A stretch of DNA of 64,000 bases, from contig NC_057718.1 in the NCBI RefSeq assembly GCF_004010195.1, positions 18,313,689 through 18,377,688 of the forward strand, given 5' to 3'. Position 1 is the first letter of the stretch, and every line of letters starts with the position of its first letter. Positions 25,409 to 39,438 of this stretch are shown one piece after another. Source of the stretch: Chiloscyllium plagiosum (Eukaryota). A program made the position numbers and the translations under genes. The notes below the pieces were generated by a model, which was not told where the DNA came from, did no database searches, and saw only the letters and a list, made by a program, of their open reading frames with translations.

Positions 25409-27387
25409 GAAAGGATGCTGGACTCTGAACGTGTTGACAATGCAAGTTTTGCCTTCCTGCAGCCCATGCTGGAGAGCTCAACACTATAACCAGACACGTG
25501 CTCTGCATGCAACCAAAAGGCCTGCACCTTGATTTTCCATTATGGTTAATTTAAATGCCACGGACTGCCACTGCCCCTAAAATTTGGATACAGTTATGAG
25601 ATACAGGAAATTTCTGTATGGGTGCAAGCTTTTAGCTACTTACGCGGCTGGTGTATCCAAAGTGTTTGGGAGAGCCACCTGTTATGTGACTTGACTAAAT
25701 ACTTGAATGGAATTGAGTATCAGACAAGGCACATTAGAGGCAATGACTATCAATGCCAGCTGTTTTTCACTACTGACCCCCCAGACAGATTTCTGCCCTC
25801 TTCAACTGGAAGCACAATAACTGATACAAGTTTAATATCTTGAAAATTATTGTTTCTGAAGGGGTTAGTGTTCATGTTACATTGGCTCCATCCATTCTCC
25901 TGATGTCACACACAGTCTGAGTGGAGACTAGGAGTTGTAATCTTGCTTTTAGAGGGAGTAGATGTATTTGAGATCATAATAGTTATGCCTGTCCAAATGT
26001 AGTTGTAATTACTGTCTTGCAATGAACCTTCTTGATATCTAAGAGCATCCTCTGTATAGAGGATGATGTATTTAGCACTAATCACTAGATGAGCCCAACA
26101 TAAAGCCAAAAAGGCAGAAGATTTCCCTCACCTAGTACCACATATCAGTCGGGGTGGCAAACACCACAAGGTGTCAGGAATGGTTATCTGGGAAAACATG
26201 TAGAGAAACATACTGGAGAGCTTCAGAGAACTATTTCAGCCAGCAGGTCATTTTTAAAGTGAATTGCCCAGGTAGAAGGCTTTTGTGGTTGCATTAAATT
26301 TAAAATGCTATCTTTGAATGTTTCAGAAGGTCGCTGAGGGGTCACTGTGCTTGGATATTGGGGCACTCGCACAGCTATTAAAGAATGTGGAGTAATGAGA
26401 ACATAGAAATGCAGAATTGTTATAACACAGGAGCAGATATCTTAACCAATCCTGACTGTGCCAGTTACTTCCAAACCAATGATAGTCCAATTTCCTTGCT
26501 CTTTCATAATATCCCTGCACATTTATTTTTAATATTTTTGAACAGTGAAGCATATTTCCAAAGCTTTTCATCTTGCACTCATCAGGATAAGTACAAGAAT
26601 GCAAATTTAAGATAACTTACACCACAGGAAAAAAAGGATACAGTACTGTTTGGTTAACAAGGTGAAGCTAATTGTCTGTGGCATGACCATGGAGAGAGCA
26701 ATGGGACACTACAGTTCTCAAGATCCTTGGTAATTTGAAAGGGGTGCAAAGCCTTAACATAATCCATTTGTTTCAATAAAATTGCCCTTTGGAATGAATG
26801 TGTGTTGTTACTGGCAAGTGTAAATGAACCATGTTACGGGTTTGGCTAATTATCTTAAATTTGTTGTAAATCTAACTGTTAGCACACACTGGATTGTTCA
26901 GCAAGCTATGTTCAATTGTTGAATCAAATTCTACAGTAGCCATTTTGTTTTTGGTTTCCAAGGGCGAGTTGATGTATTTTGTTTTATCAGATGCTTGCAC
27001 AATTACCTTTTGGAAGCCATGATTGTATCTGTTCTCAGTGGTAGTGACTTTTGGCCCTCAATCTTATCACCAATAGGAAAAGTTTTTATGTTAGTAGGTA
27101 AGGCAAAGTGATATTGAAAATTGCCAAAGTAGTTCTCATTGAATGGTGGAGCAGGCATAAGGGGATTAATGGCTACTCCTGTTCCTCTGTTCCTCAACCA
27201 CAGGAGCATCACCCATCTCAGCATATGGACAATTTGGGACCCGTAACTATCAGCCATTCAATTCTTGAATTTCTTGAATCAGGAACTGGAGAAGATGGCA
27301 TTATGGAAACTGCCAGTTAGCACATAATACTGAATATTAATAAAGTTGCACCCTTTCCCATTCCAGCACATGATCTTATACAGACAC

Positions 27388-27423
27388 AATCCTGATGAAG
27401 GGCTCTTACCCGAAATGTCGATT
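27388..27423 (+). ncRNA. Minimal type I hammerhead ribozyme motif
   Basis: aatc-CTGATGA-a-GGG-ctctta-CCC-GAAA-t-GTC-gatt: stem I aatc/gatt, canonical core, GUC cleavage triplet. Confidence 0.75.
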
Positions 27424-27517
27424 CTCCTGCTCCTCAGATGTTGCCTGACCTGCTGTGCTTTTCCAGTACCACACTCTCGACTCTGATCTCCAGCATCTGC
27501 AGTCCTTACTTTCTCCC
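27388..27517 (+). mobile_element. Short Penelope-terminus element starting with a hammerhead
   Basis: Same module as 19342-19430 and 46540-46680; imperfect flanking repeat tatacagacaca / tgtacagataca. Confidence 0.85.
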
Positions 27518-28163
27518 TGTGTACAGATACACACTGGACTATCAACCATACTTCATATCATGTATAAATCAGGAAACCATGAGCAGCCAAGGCAGTGTAT
27601 ATCAGTGAACCTCAGATTTGATAGCTCTAACTATAAGCAAGGTTTAGAACAGATATAGCCACTTTAATGATTAGAAATACCTGAAGAGGCTAAAGAAAGT
27701 ATTCCCATCAATGATACAGTTCCTTAGCTATGTCATTCTTGCTGACTCAGACCTCAAGGGACATAGAAAGCTTTGCCTTTTCATTGCACCTGCTCTTTGT
27801 GTGGCCACCAAGTACAAGCCTGCACATGATCAGGAAGTGGGGGTGTCCCCAAACCAATCCAGATACCTTCACAGAAAAACAGAAAATACTGGAGAAACTC
27901 AGACCATGTGGAGTCCAAAGACCGTTCTTCAGAAGCTGCTTTGGATGTATGAAGTCCATAGTGAGGTCTCCAGTCAGAGATATCTACCCATCGCTATCCA
28001 GTTTTCCATGGAGCCCTTCCTGAACCTCTATGTCCAGGAATTATGTTTGATTGGTTTGATTCCTGAAATTCTCTTCTTTCTAACTCAGTGAGCAAACCTA
28101 CATCCAAAACCTCAACCTTAGCTACGAATCTTCTCAAAACTCACTATTGTCTTATTTCACCTG

Positions 28164-28448
28164 ATTAGATTAGATTCCCTACAGTGTGGAAACAGGCCCT
28201 TCAGCCCAACCAGTCCACACTGACCCTCCGAAGAGTAACCCACCCAGACCCATTTCCCTCTGACTAATGCACCATAACATTATGGGCAATTTAACATGGC
28301 CAATTCACTGGCACATCTTTGGGCAGTGGGAGGAAACCGGAGCACCCGGAGGAAACCCACACAGACATGAGGAGAATGTGCAAACTCCACACAGACAGTC
28401 GCCAGAGGCTGGAATCGAACCTGGGACCCTGGCGCTACTGTGCCACCC
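28164..28448 (-). mobile_element. HE1-like SINE
   Basis: gattagattagattccctacagtgtgg tail; conserved core. Confidence 0.9.
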
Positions 28449-30209
28449 TAAATTATTTGAGGACTATAGTTGGCATCAAAGATCAGAAACCATGGCTCTT
28501 ATCTATTAAACAAAATCAATGGTTTGGAGCTGAGGAGCATTTACAGATCTGCATGGAAAATCAAAAGGCTAGTTAGGGCCTGAAACAAAACGAAATGGAG
28601 ATGTCTTCATTGCTCCGGTGGCACCTATTGAATGAGCTATTAAACTCATACCAACACTGCAGAAAGGATTAGAGCTGCAAATTACTGAAGAAATAGCAAT
28701 GAAATGCAAGAAGAGTAACTTGAATAGACAGCTTCAGGCACAACATCACCCAGGGAGACAGAAAGCCGACTAATTGAAAACCATTTCATTTAAATGTATT
28801 AATTTAGTGAAACTAACATTCTTTTTATGGTGTGCATCTTTTTTTTTGTTACATGGCATTGTTCATTAGGATACAGAATGAATTAACTTACCAATCAAAC
28901 TCATCACAGGTTTCTGTCAGTGTTCCCTGCAGCCCCTGTGGAGTCAATTATATGTTCCAGAAATCTGATTCTGCCATTTGGCAATTTTCGCTTATCCATT
29001 TAACATGAATTCATCCCTTTCTTTGCCTTTCCTGGCCCATAGCGCTGAGATCTCATTGTATCCTGACAAGGATATTGGAGTATCATCCATCTGGCACACC
29101 AGACCTTGGGATCCCTCCAAATCCATTGACACAAATGCTCTGGAAGGAGTTTGAAACTGAGGGCTGAAAGGAGATTGCTAAAACTGTGCAATGAGTAATG
29201 CAAGCAGAGCAAATAATTTTAACAGAGAATGTTCCAGAATTAAGATTTAATTTTGATGAAGAAGAACACCTTTGGCTTTTCCCAACTTAAGTAGAGCTTG
29301 GTTGACTCTGAGAGATTATACACTTATTATGCTGCTTTCTCTGGCTATACAGTCAGTCTGAACACATTTTGAAACATGACCATCAACTATTTCTCTATTA
29401 GTCTTTCTCTACACTACTAGATATTATGTGATTTCATACCCGGCTGTAGTTAAACAGAAATTTATTTGGAGGCTGTTCTAGAAACGGTTCTTAATCAGGT
29501 TTGCTTTGTGATGTTCATTCAAGTGTTTACTGAAGTCTTCAAAAAGTTCAGGAGTCCTTATCTTGAAGTTGTGTTGTTGAGTTGTGTAGCAGGTTATATT
29601 GATGGTCACAGTAGTGCAATGGCTCTGTGCTAGAAAAAAAGCAATGCATTCAATGCTTACCATAAACTGGGAATTTTAATTCAATGAATTCAGGGTCATC
29701 CTCAAGATTCACTAAATCTTTCAGTCAAATGAACCCTGTGAGATCCATATGTCAATCTAATTTATGCATCAAATGGTTGACTTTTAATGTCCTCATGTTG
29801 ATTCTATCATACTATGTGTAGATTTTTTAAAAGAATTGTCAGGCTTCATTCCTTACTCCCAGTTTTAAAACTTGAACTTGTAGGTTTTTCATCCCCAAGT
29901 TCCAGATCCATCTCCTTGTTTCCTGACAGGTCCAAGGTTGCAGCGGAGTAGTAGGGCTCTGTTTGGGTTCCTGAACCTGGGACTTGCCTGCTTCAACATG
30001 CTTTTCTGCCTTTTTATTTTAAGTTTGCTCTTTTTCATTTTTTTTCCTTTTTAAAAAAATTTTCTTTCCTTTAAAGCCTTTTGCGGTGGGGTTATTGGCG
30101 GCATTGGCACGGCAGTGAGATTGGGCCACGTGTGGAATGGCGGGTGTGAAAATGGATGTCTTTGGTGTCCTGACTGGCATTTGACACCCAATCAGCATCT
30201 CCAAAACAC

Positions 30210-30372
30210 AAACTGGTTATAAACACATTAACCGGTTGCCTGTGGGATCTTATTACGTGCAAACAGATTGCTGCATTTCCTCCAGTATGACAGTTGTGAC
30301 ACTTTAAGGGGTTTTCGTTGACTGTCAAATTGTTCAGGACATCCTGATGTTTTGAAAGATGCTATATAAATA
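30210..30372 (+). mobile_element. Old SINE 3' tail (DeuSINE-like)
   Basis: gtgggatctt...ggacatcctga...gaaagatgctatataaat. Confidence 0.5.
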
Positions 30373-33300
30373 TCCATATATTTTTTCCCATCCACTAAAA
30401 TTATTAATGCAATCATCTGCCAATACCTTTTGAAGGCTGAGAGTTCTAGGTTCCAACAACTCTCTGAGTGAAAGCAATTCTCTTCATTCTTGGGTTTAGG
30501 ATTTCAACACGGGTGCCTGTTGTAAAACATCTTGGAGTAGGCAAGTACTCTGTGGTGCCCTGCAGCTTGAGTAGCTGGTAATGCACAGATATGGAAAATA
30601 AACAGATCCCAAACCAAATGATGTTACCACTAAGAATGGAGTAATGTGCTGTTGTCTAGTTACAATAATACTTCTCCCCACTGCAGACAGTCCCCCAGGG
30701 TGCAAATGGTTTCCATTGTCAAGCCCATTTGCAAGTCAATTTGTATGCAAGTCAGAAGACAATGCAGGTCAATATAAAATAGCAGTTCATAAGTATAAGG
30801 AAATGTTCATATATTGAATCTTTAAAATTAACATTAACACACTCCTGTATGGTATTGTGTTCATAGATATGAACATTCATAGGTCATATGTTGACACAGT
30901 GGGGTCTCCTGTATTAAGATGGCCAATGAGAAAAAGCTATCTAAATTAGGCTTTAAATAAAAATGTTCCGACATTTGGGTTTCTTTAATATGTGCAGTTA
31001 TTGATTTATTATTAAAATAAAGCTTAATAATATGGAAATATAAATGTTTATTCACCTGAATAACCCAAATCACACACACACACATTTTACGATGAGAGAA
31101 AATTAAACAGATTTTTCTCCACAAGAGGTTCACACTTTAAAACAAAAATTTTCTGCCCATGATGCTTATTCTTGAAGACCAAAAGGATAAAGTGTAATAT
31201 GTTCTAAAGAGTGTTGTTCTGATGTTCTGGCCTGTGCGGTCAAGTCACTGGTTGTGCATGGTTATTTCTGGCATTTTGGCAGACACAGCTTGCTCAGGAA
31301 ATACAATATTGAGAAATTCCTGCAATCACTCTCCCAGAAGAACAAACAGGATTCACCTTAAACTGAACAAGAGGGTTTGTTACAGAAATGGGAAAGATCA
31401 GCAGGGCAACCCATCCTCATTGGCTTCTTGACCCTAATTAATTTCAAATACGAAAGCCCTCTCTATTCAGTCACTGTTTAAATAACCTGAGTAAAACTCT
31501 ATAGCAGAACAAGCTGTTATCAGCAGTCGTGTGATTTCTAGAAAACATGGTTAAAATATACTCTAATGTTTATAATGACCTTTTAATGAAACCGTTCCAG
31601 ATATTTCCACAACACTTGAAATAAATCAATTTTTCCAAAGTTTCCAAAATTTAATTCCTCCAAGAAATATTAAATATGAAATATCTTCATAACAATGGGG
31701 GAACATGAAATCAGACTTAAATGTTTTTCTTAATAGTTTCTTTATTTATAGAATTCAGTTTTACATATTTCTGCCTCCTATTTGCTCAACATACAAATGT
31801 CTCCCTTTACAAGTACTCTGTGTACTTACTTAAATAATGTCCTCTACCCATGTAGCTTGACAACATAAGTTACATGTTATTGACATAAATCCTCCACATT
31901 CACTTCAAAACTGGCTAACAGATCTGAAATAGGTCACATGAGGTGGAATAATCAATGGCTAAAGTTACGTTCCAACTGTGCCTCCTGGAGAACATATATA
32001 ACCTTTTCACTTCCAGCTCAGTGATTTATTACCTGCTGCCTCTTGTTGTCCATTAACTCATACAGGCCAAAGCAGCCAGATCTGTGACGTATACGTACAC
32101 ATGTAGGAGTGAGCAGCCCAGGAAAAGGTTGTGCAGTTGCTTTTTCACAGATGTTAGGCTCTCCCACCCAACTTACTTTATACATCTCCTGAGGAACAGA
32201 GTTGGCAAGTGAAAGACCATACACTATGACCAGGTACCAGGAAAACAGGCACTCAGTACACCTGAAACATATCATTACCTAGTGAACAAAATGTGCAATA
32301 ATTCCTATTGTCTCAAAAGTTGTAATGGATAATTGGGAAGAAATAAAGTTATGCTAATTGATCTTGATATCAAGTTGAGGGTAGTGATGTTCTTGTCAAT
32401 ACATTGGACACATGGAGAGATAGGTTTTATTGCAGTTCACTAATTATAGTATCTATTAATCCTGCAATAACTTACTGATTTATCAACTGTCTATTTGAGC
32501 TCTTGAGTTGGAGCAGGCTATCCCCTTGACCTGAGTGACTATATAGAAGAATATTGTTTATTTGGATGCCTTCTCAGGACTGAATTGGAAATCCCATTTG
32601 CCCAATTAATTACCAGACCATGGATTTAACATGTTGAATTTGACTAAATGCAAATTGCTCCTTCCGGCTCACGTATCTCTCCTCAAGCATGGATATGTCA
32701 AAGGATCATGACCCATGGATTTGGTGCATTGCTTTGATCCTGTGGCAGGTCAATTAGTTACATCATCCTTATATTGAAGCCCTCCTTTTTTAGACAATCT
32801 TTCAACTGCTTTCTGAACTCTCTATTCCTCTGCTCTAAAATTGGTCACAGTAACCTTGGCAACCTAGGTCTCATGGTCTGGAATGTTTAAAATTCTCCAC
32901 CTCTCCGTCCCTGTCTGCTGGTAAATGACCCTGCTTATAACATGCCAAGCTTTGGACACCTCCGCTTTCTCGGTTCACCCATTATTTTTGTATGATTACA
33001 TCTTGATAATGTGAATTGTATCATGCTTTCCACAATAAATTTTGATGTAAAGACAATCTTTCCAATATCAATAAGTGCCTGCTTCCTTCTGCTTCCCTTT
33101 CTGTATGTTACAGTTAATGACCCTTCTGCTTTATCTTGTAGCACTTTGTCTTTCCTCAGCTGACCTCAGCTAATCTTTCTAATCTAAAAAAAACTCATGC
33201 AATTCATTGTAATCATTTCTTGCTTTTTGGGAATGCTTTCGCCAGTTTAAATTTTTGTTCCCTATGTTTTCCAATCACTGTGAAGTTCTTCTATAATATT

Positions 33301-35089
33301 TTAATCATCTTGGCCTGCAGTTTCAATAGCTTCCTGCTCTTTATAGTTTAGATTCCATCTACAGCCACTCTTCTATAACCTGAATGCTGTTACGTTTTTG
33401 TTCAGTGCGTCTCCCACTCTATTAAATTCCTTTCTCTGATTTCAGCATTCTATAATGAGCTTTCCTGAGATCTTATGTTTCTTTTTATTGTCTCCCACAC
33501 ATCTTTGATTCACAGAATCAAATCTAATGCAGTTGCAGTCACTGAAGTTCAAATGTTTCCCTTTCTTTTATGTTTCTATCATCTCAGAGAAACTATTAAA
33601 TATTAGATGGTGTCTGGCCTCTCTTCTATAACACCAGGAGTCCTGCTTAACTCCTGACATTGGAATTGATCATTTTAAAGACAACATTCCATTTCATCAT
33701 CGTGTAGGTCAGCTCAGAGCCGCCATAGTTATCATTCTCTTTCCTGTCCACTAAAATAATTCTTCATTAATCTCCTCCTCTCCTTTGCAGGCAATCGGTA
33801 TGTTTTGCAAGATCCTGCCCCACTTCATAAGATTTGCTCAGGGTCTCAGGACTGGCTCAGTCCAGAAGGAGGCAATTTGGCCTGTCATGTCTATGCTACC
33901 TCTTTGAATGAATCCCACTTTGTGTCATTCTCTTGCCCTTTTCCCGTATCCTTGCACACTTTTCCTTTTTAAATAACTGGCTGAGCCCTGTTTAAATGCT
34001 TACATTGAACCTGCCTCCACCACATTTTTCAAATTTGTTGTGTGAAAAAAAAGTCACTTCATATCATTTTTGTTTCTTTCGGTAACTCCTTATGTATATG
34101 AAAATCTGGAATACCTGAAATGAGTCTCAATGTTAAATTGAGTCAAACAGCAAAGAAACAGGCTCTCTGGCCCAACTCATATAGATCGGCCAGATTTCCT
34201 TAACATAACTAGTCCCAATATTTTAGTTTTGCCCACGGGAGTAAGCAATACTAATGCTGAACAAATAAATTAAATTAAATTAAATTGATAGCATTTGAAA
34301 TAACCTCTTCAAAAACAAGTTTCATTGGATTCCTATGGTAAAGGATGTGGCAATAGGGTAATAGGTCAGTCAGGATTATATCACTGGTAAATGCTGAATT
34401 GATTCATCTCAATCAGGTTGCTTGTATCATATCAACTTGCTAAGGGATGGAAGACCAGACTGCCGGACACTTCTTAAACTAATTCAAAAAATACATATTG
34501 AAAGCAAGTGTTTATTTTGGACGTGACCAATTAGATTAAGCTAGGATTCCTTCCCTAGTCCAATACCTTGCCAATACACACTACCCCTGTATGCATTTGA
34601 AGGATGGTCAGTAAAGAAAGATGTTATAAGATTTCAACTGCTTATGGAGCACTGCGCCATATGGCTAACCTTCAGACAAAGAAGCAAATGCAAGAGAGAT
34701 CAAAATTAATGGGAAAAAGAGCTAGGAAATGCATTGTTATGACCATTTAATGTTTTTTAAAGGATGGTTATGTTTCAAACATTCTCTTTTAATATAAGCT
34801 AAACAAAAGGCCTTAGAACAAGGAGATGGTGTGGGGTTGTGCTGTACTGTGCCCTTTGCTAAGACAATGTCACCTGATTGCCAGAGGCCAAGAAGACCCC
34901 AATTTCCATTCAAATGCAGGTGCATGTTTTTATATGTGAACAAAAAAGGAGGAAACAGTTAGCCTGGTACAGACCCTCAGGCTGGGATCACCATCCTATC
35001 AAAATGCCCTTCCTTCTTCAGAGTTTGATAGCCAAATTGGTCCGAGGATTGAGTTTTGTTTAGGAACTAGCAATGGGTGATTAGAAAGT

Positions 35090-36009
35090 TAATAAAAAGG
35101 ATAAGATTTATTATGAAATTAAATTGACAAGAAATATGCAAACAAACAGCAAGATAAAATGGAGGAGATTAGCTAAAGTGAGTGTAGGATCTTTGGAGAA
35201 TGCAACTGGGAATTGATAGTCATGAACAGGGAAATGGCAAATTATTTAAATCAATATGTCGCATCAATTTTCATTGTGGTGGACACTGTAAACATTCCAA
35301 AGATATCAAGCAAGCTCATGCTAATGGGAGAAAATAGCTTGTAACAGTCTCTATCACGAGGGACAAAGTATTTAAAAAACTGCTGGGACTGAAGGTGGAT
35401 AAGTTGCCAGTACCTGATGGATTGCATCCAACAGTTTGAAAGGAAGTGGCTCCACAGGTATTAGTCAAAATACTCCAGAGCTTACTGGGAGGACTCCAGT
35501 CATTTGGAAAACTTCTAATTTGATGCCCCCATACAAGAAAGGAGGGAGACATAAAACAGACCAGTCAGCATAATATTTGTCATTGAGAAATATCTGGGTC
35601 TAACTATTAAAGAGGCAATAGCAGTACAGTTAGAAAGGTTTTGATGCTATCAAACAGAACCAATGTCAGTTTTGTGAAATTGAAATCATGCATGAAAATT
35701 TGCAGTAGTTCTTTGAGGATATCATAAGTAGAGTTGATAAAAGGGAAAGGGTTGATGTAATGTATTTGGATTTCTAAAAGGCATTCTCCACGGTGCCAAA
35801 TAAAAGGGTATTGCAAAAGATAGGAGCTCACAGTATTGGAGCAATATGTCAGCATGGTTTGAGGGCTGATTAAAACACAGGATACAGAGAATTGAGTTTA
35901 ATGATTTTTTTCACCTTTGGAAAGGTGGATTGCCACAAAGGATGATCCTTAAGGCCCCAATTATTTGCCATCTACATGAATAACTTGGAGGGAGAATATA
36001 ATGCATCTA
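35090..36009 (+). mobile_element. Diverged CR1 RT fragment (resumes at 38227-38260 and 38948-39300)
   Basis: PDGLHP, YLDF*KAF motifs; FADDTRI resumes after the nested insertions. Confidence 0.8.
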
Positions 36010-36220
36010 GGGCAGCACGGTGGCTCAGTGGTTAGCACTGCTGCCTCACAGCACCAGGGTCCCAGGTTCAATTACAGCCTTGGGTGACTATCTGAGTGGA
36101 TTTTGCACATTCTCTCTGTGTCTGTATGGGTTTCCTCCGGGTGCTCTGGTTTCCACCCACAGTCCAAAAATGTGCAGGTTAGGTGAATTGGCCACGCTAA
36201 ATTGCCCATAATGTTAGGGT

Positions 36221-38111
36221 TGAAAATGTGTTGCTGGAAAAGTGCAGCAGATCAGGCAGCATCCAAGGAGCAGGAGAATCGACGTTTCGGGCATGAGCCC
36301 TTCTTCTTTTTTCGGCCGGGGCAGTCAGGTTTGTGGATTTTGGGCAGGAGGTAGAAACGAGCGGTGCGGGGTTGTGGTACTATGAGGTTGGAGACGGTGG
36401 ATGGGAGATCCCCTGAGGTGATGAGGTTATGGATGGTCTGGGAGATGATGGTTTGGTGGTGGGAGGTTGGGTCATGGTCAAGGGGGCAGTAGGAGGAGGT
36501 ATCCGCGAGCTGGCGTTTAGCCTCAGCGGTGCAAAGGTCGGTGCGCCAAACTACGACTGCGCCTCCCTTGTCTGCTGGTTTGATAGTGAGGTTGGGGTTG
36601 GAACAGAGGGAGTGGAGGGCTGCACGTTCCGAGGGTGAGAGGTTGGAGTGGGTGAGAGGGGTGGAGAGGTTGAGGCGGTTAATGTCATGGCGGCAGTTGG
36701 CTATGAAGAGATCGAGGGCAGGTAAGAGGCCAGCACGGGGTGTCCAGGTGGATGGGGTGTGTTGGAGGCGGGAGAAGAGGTCGGCAGAGGGTGGGCGAGA
36801 ATCCTGGTTGAAGAAGTAGGCGCAGAGGTGTAGGCGGCGGAAGAATTGTTCGACGTCTCGCCACGTGTTGAACTTGTTAATCCGAGAGCGTAAGGGAATG
36901 AAAGTGAGGCCTCTGCTGAGGACTGATCTTTCATCCTCAGAGAGGGGTAGTTCTGGAGGGATGGTGAAAACATGGCAGGGCTGGGAGTTAGGACCTGGTG
37001 TGGGGCTGGAGCTGGGAGTGGGGGTGGGGTTAGGTGTGGGTGGTAATTATGCTGCTAGTCAAGCGGGCAGCTTTATCCTGGATGGTGTCAACCGCGATGG
37101 TCTTCCTAGCGATCGTGGAGGCGGTTGTCTGGGTGGCGATCGCGGAGGCTGCGAGGTTGGTGGGGGCGGAAGTGACGTCATGGTTCGCGGCGGCGGTTGC
37201 AGCGTTGGGTGCTGCACGGCCGCGTGGTTAATGGCGCCCGATTTCGGAGGCCGATGGAAGATTCTGGAACAGTTGAGGAACCCAAAGTGTGGGAGTAAGT
37301 ACATGAAAGTTTTTGGTACTTACTGTCTTTAATTTCCGATATGGCTAGGAAGAACTGTTTGTTTAGTGTATGGATTCTTCTGTGGATGAAGAACAGTCGA
37401 GGTCCTTTGCAGGTCTGTGAGAGTGGGCGGCATGGTGGCACAGTGGTTAGCACTGCTGCCTTGCAGCGCCAGAGACCCGGGTTCAATTCCTGCCTCAGGC
37501 GACTGACTGTGTGGCATTTGCACGTTCTCCCCGTGTCTGCGTAGGTTTCCTCTGGGTGCTCCGATTTCCTCCCACAATCCAAAGATGTGCAGGTCAGGTG
37601 AATTGGCCAAGCTAAATTGCCTGTAGTCTTAGGTAAGGGGCAAATGTAGGGGTATGGGTGGGTTGCGCTTCGGCGGGTCGGTGTGGACTTGTTGGGCGGA
37701 AGGGCCTGTTTCCACACTGTAATGTAACGTAATCTAATCTAATCAGTGTTGTCCTGAGCTGGGGTAGGGCTAATTGTAGGGAATGTAGGTAGCGGCGCAT
37801 GGCTGCAAGTGTGGAGCGAAGGATCCGGAGGGAAGTCTGTTGCTGGAGGCTTTGGATTTGTTGTAGGTACTGGTTGTCCTGGTTGGGTCCAAATTTTGTT
37901 GGTCTGAACGTAGTCCGGAGTCCGTGCGGGGTCAGTCGATTCTGTAGGCAGGTGCTGAGGAAGGAGATGTGGCTGTGGTAGCGAATCTGTTTGAGAATGT
38001 GGCTGAAGAGCTTCTGGGCAGAGGAGATGACCTGGGGTGTGCAGTGAGAGAGGGACCCACTGAAATCCTTGTAGAGGGAGGAAGAGAGCTTCTTCAAGGA
38101 AGGCATCCTTG
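36221..38111 (-). mobile_element. Penelope-like element: N-terminal ORF region up to the start of RT, fused to the terminal hammerhead module
   Basis: MPSLKKLSS...HISFLSTCLQNRLTPHGL...; PRTARFYLLPKIHKPDCPGR near 36313-36372; terminal module 36221-36307. Confidence 0.88.
37425..37744 (+). mobile_element. HE1-like SINE inserted in the Penelope ORF
   Basis: Full-length; short agt(g) duplication; removing it rejoins LRTTL|SQTCK in frame. Confidence 0.92.
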
Positions 38112-38261
38112 CATAGTGTTAGGGTGCATTAGTCAGAGGGAGGTGGGTATGGGTGGGTTACTCTTCGGAGGGTTGGTGTGGACTTGTTGGGCTGAAGGGC
38201 CTGTTTCCACAATGTCGGGAATCTAATAGATTTGCTGATGATACAAGAATAAGAGGGAGTC

Positions 38262-38947
38262 CGTTGGTATATTGGCAAGACCGAGCAGAGGCTACGACAA
38301 CATGGCTATGAATGGACATTGCACAACAATCATCAGCCAAGCGTGTTCCCTCCCAGTCGGGGAACACTTCAGTGGTCCGGGACATTCGACCTTGGACCTT
38401 CGGGTGACTGTTCTCCAAAACAGACTTCAGGACAGGCAACAACGCATAGTGGCTGAACAGAGGCTGATAGCCAAGTTCGGTACCCATGGGGTTGGTCTCA
38501 ACTGGGATCTTGGGCTCATATCACACTACAGGTAACCCCACTGCACCACACACACACACACACACACACACACATAAGTTTGTGGGGTGAATTCGTACTT
38601 GCAGAATTACATTTTATTTTGCTTAAAAACTGCATGAATCCATGTAAGATTCTGTTACATCCTTTTTTCAGAAATACATTTCAGTCTGAACATTGGGGCA
38701 CAGGCAGCCTCATACAGGGCACCTCACACCTTCAATGCATTATCTGAGCTGACATGGCACCTATTGTTAAAGTTCACTTGAGAATGTAACTTTAAAAAAG
38801 CATTCTGGGATTTACATATGAAAGAACTGAAACCAACATGGTCAATCTAAAAGATGAGAGACTTAACAAACATTCCAGGTCTTTTTTCAATAAATAATTT
38901 CGTTGCATCACACTGGAGTAGTGCTCATAAAGCTGGTGCTTCCAAAT
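38262..38947 (+). mobile_element. Penelope-like GIY-YIG 3' fragment with (CA)n and 3' UTR
   Basis: MNGHCTTI...LPVGEHFSGPGHS..DLRVTVLQ...AEQRLIAKFGTH..GLN; (ca)n at about 38548-38574. Confidence 0.85.
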
Positions 38948-39438
38948 AGCTTTGGAGGCAGTTTGAAAGAGATTTAATAAATTGCTTTGTGGGATAAGAT
39001 GTTGACTTATAAAGAGCAGCCAAACAAGTTAAGCCTTTATTGATTACGGGTTAGGAGAATGAGGGGCAATCTTATTGAAACATACAAGCCAATGAGGAGG
39101 CTTGAAAGTGTAGATGTTGCGAAGGTTTTCCACTGGTGGAATAATCTCAAACTAGGGGACATAATTACAAAATAAGGTGGCACTCATTGTGAAAGAATCT
39201 CTTCTCTGACTGTAGTGAGTGCCTGGAATTCTTGATCTGACAAACCACTGAAAATAATTCAAGAGGAGATTGACAGATATTTGAGATAACAAGGAGTTGA
39301 GGGCTTGAGTTGTGTATTCTGTATTTTTGTGTGCTCTATATAAGTACTTTGTTTGCATATGTTTTGCGCGGGTTGTGTTGAGTATGTTATACATGTGTAT
39401 CATGCGGATGTGCTCTTTGTAAATACACTGTGTACATA

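Larger units (their letters stand above)
36010..38226 (+). mobile_element. HE1-like SINE split by a Penelope insertion (36010-36220 plus 38112-38226)
   Basis: 14-bp TSD cataatgttagggt / catagtgttagggt. Confidence 0.88.

Noticed and set aside
24468..25532. 354-aa ORF as a host gene
   Set aside because: 5'-truncated CR1 ORF2 fragment reading through into the UTR
32460..33760. Possible very old minus-strand LINE
   Set aside because: Composition is suggestive, but I could not read convincing motifs
33770..33803. Possible 7-nt micro-exon (ttgcag|gcaatcg|gtatgt)
   Set aside because: Frame-shifting length, no host gene identified, and likely to occur by chance
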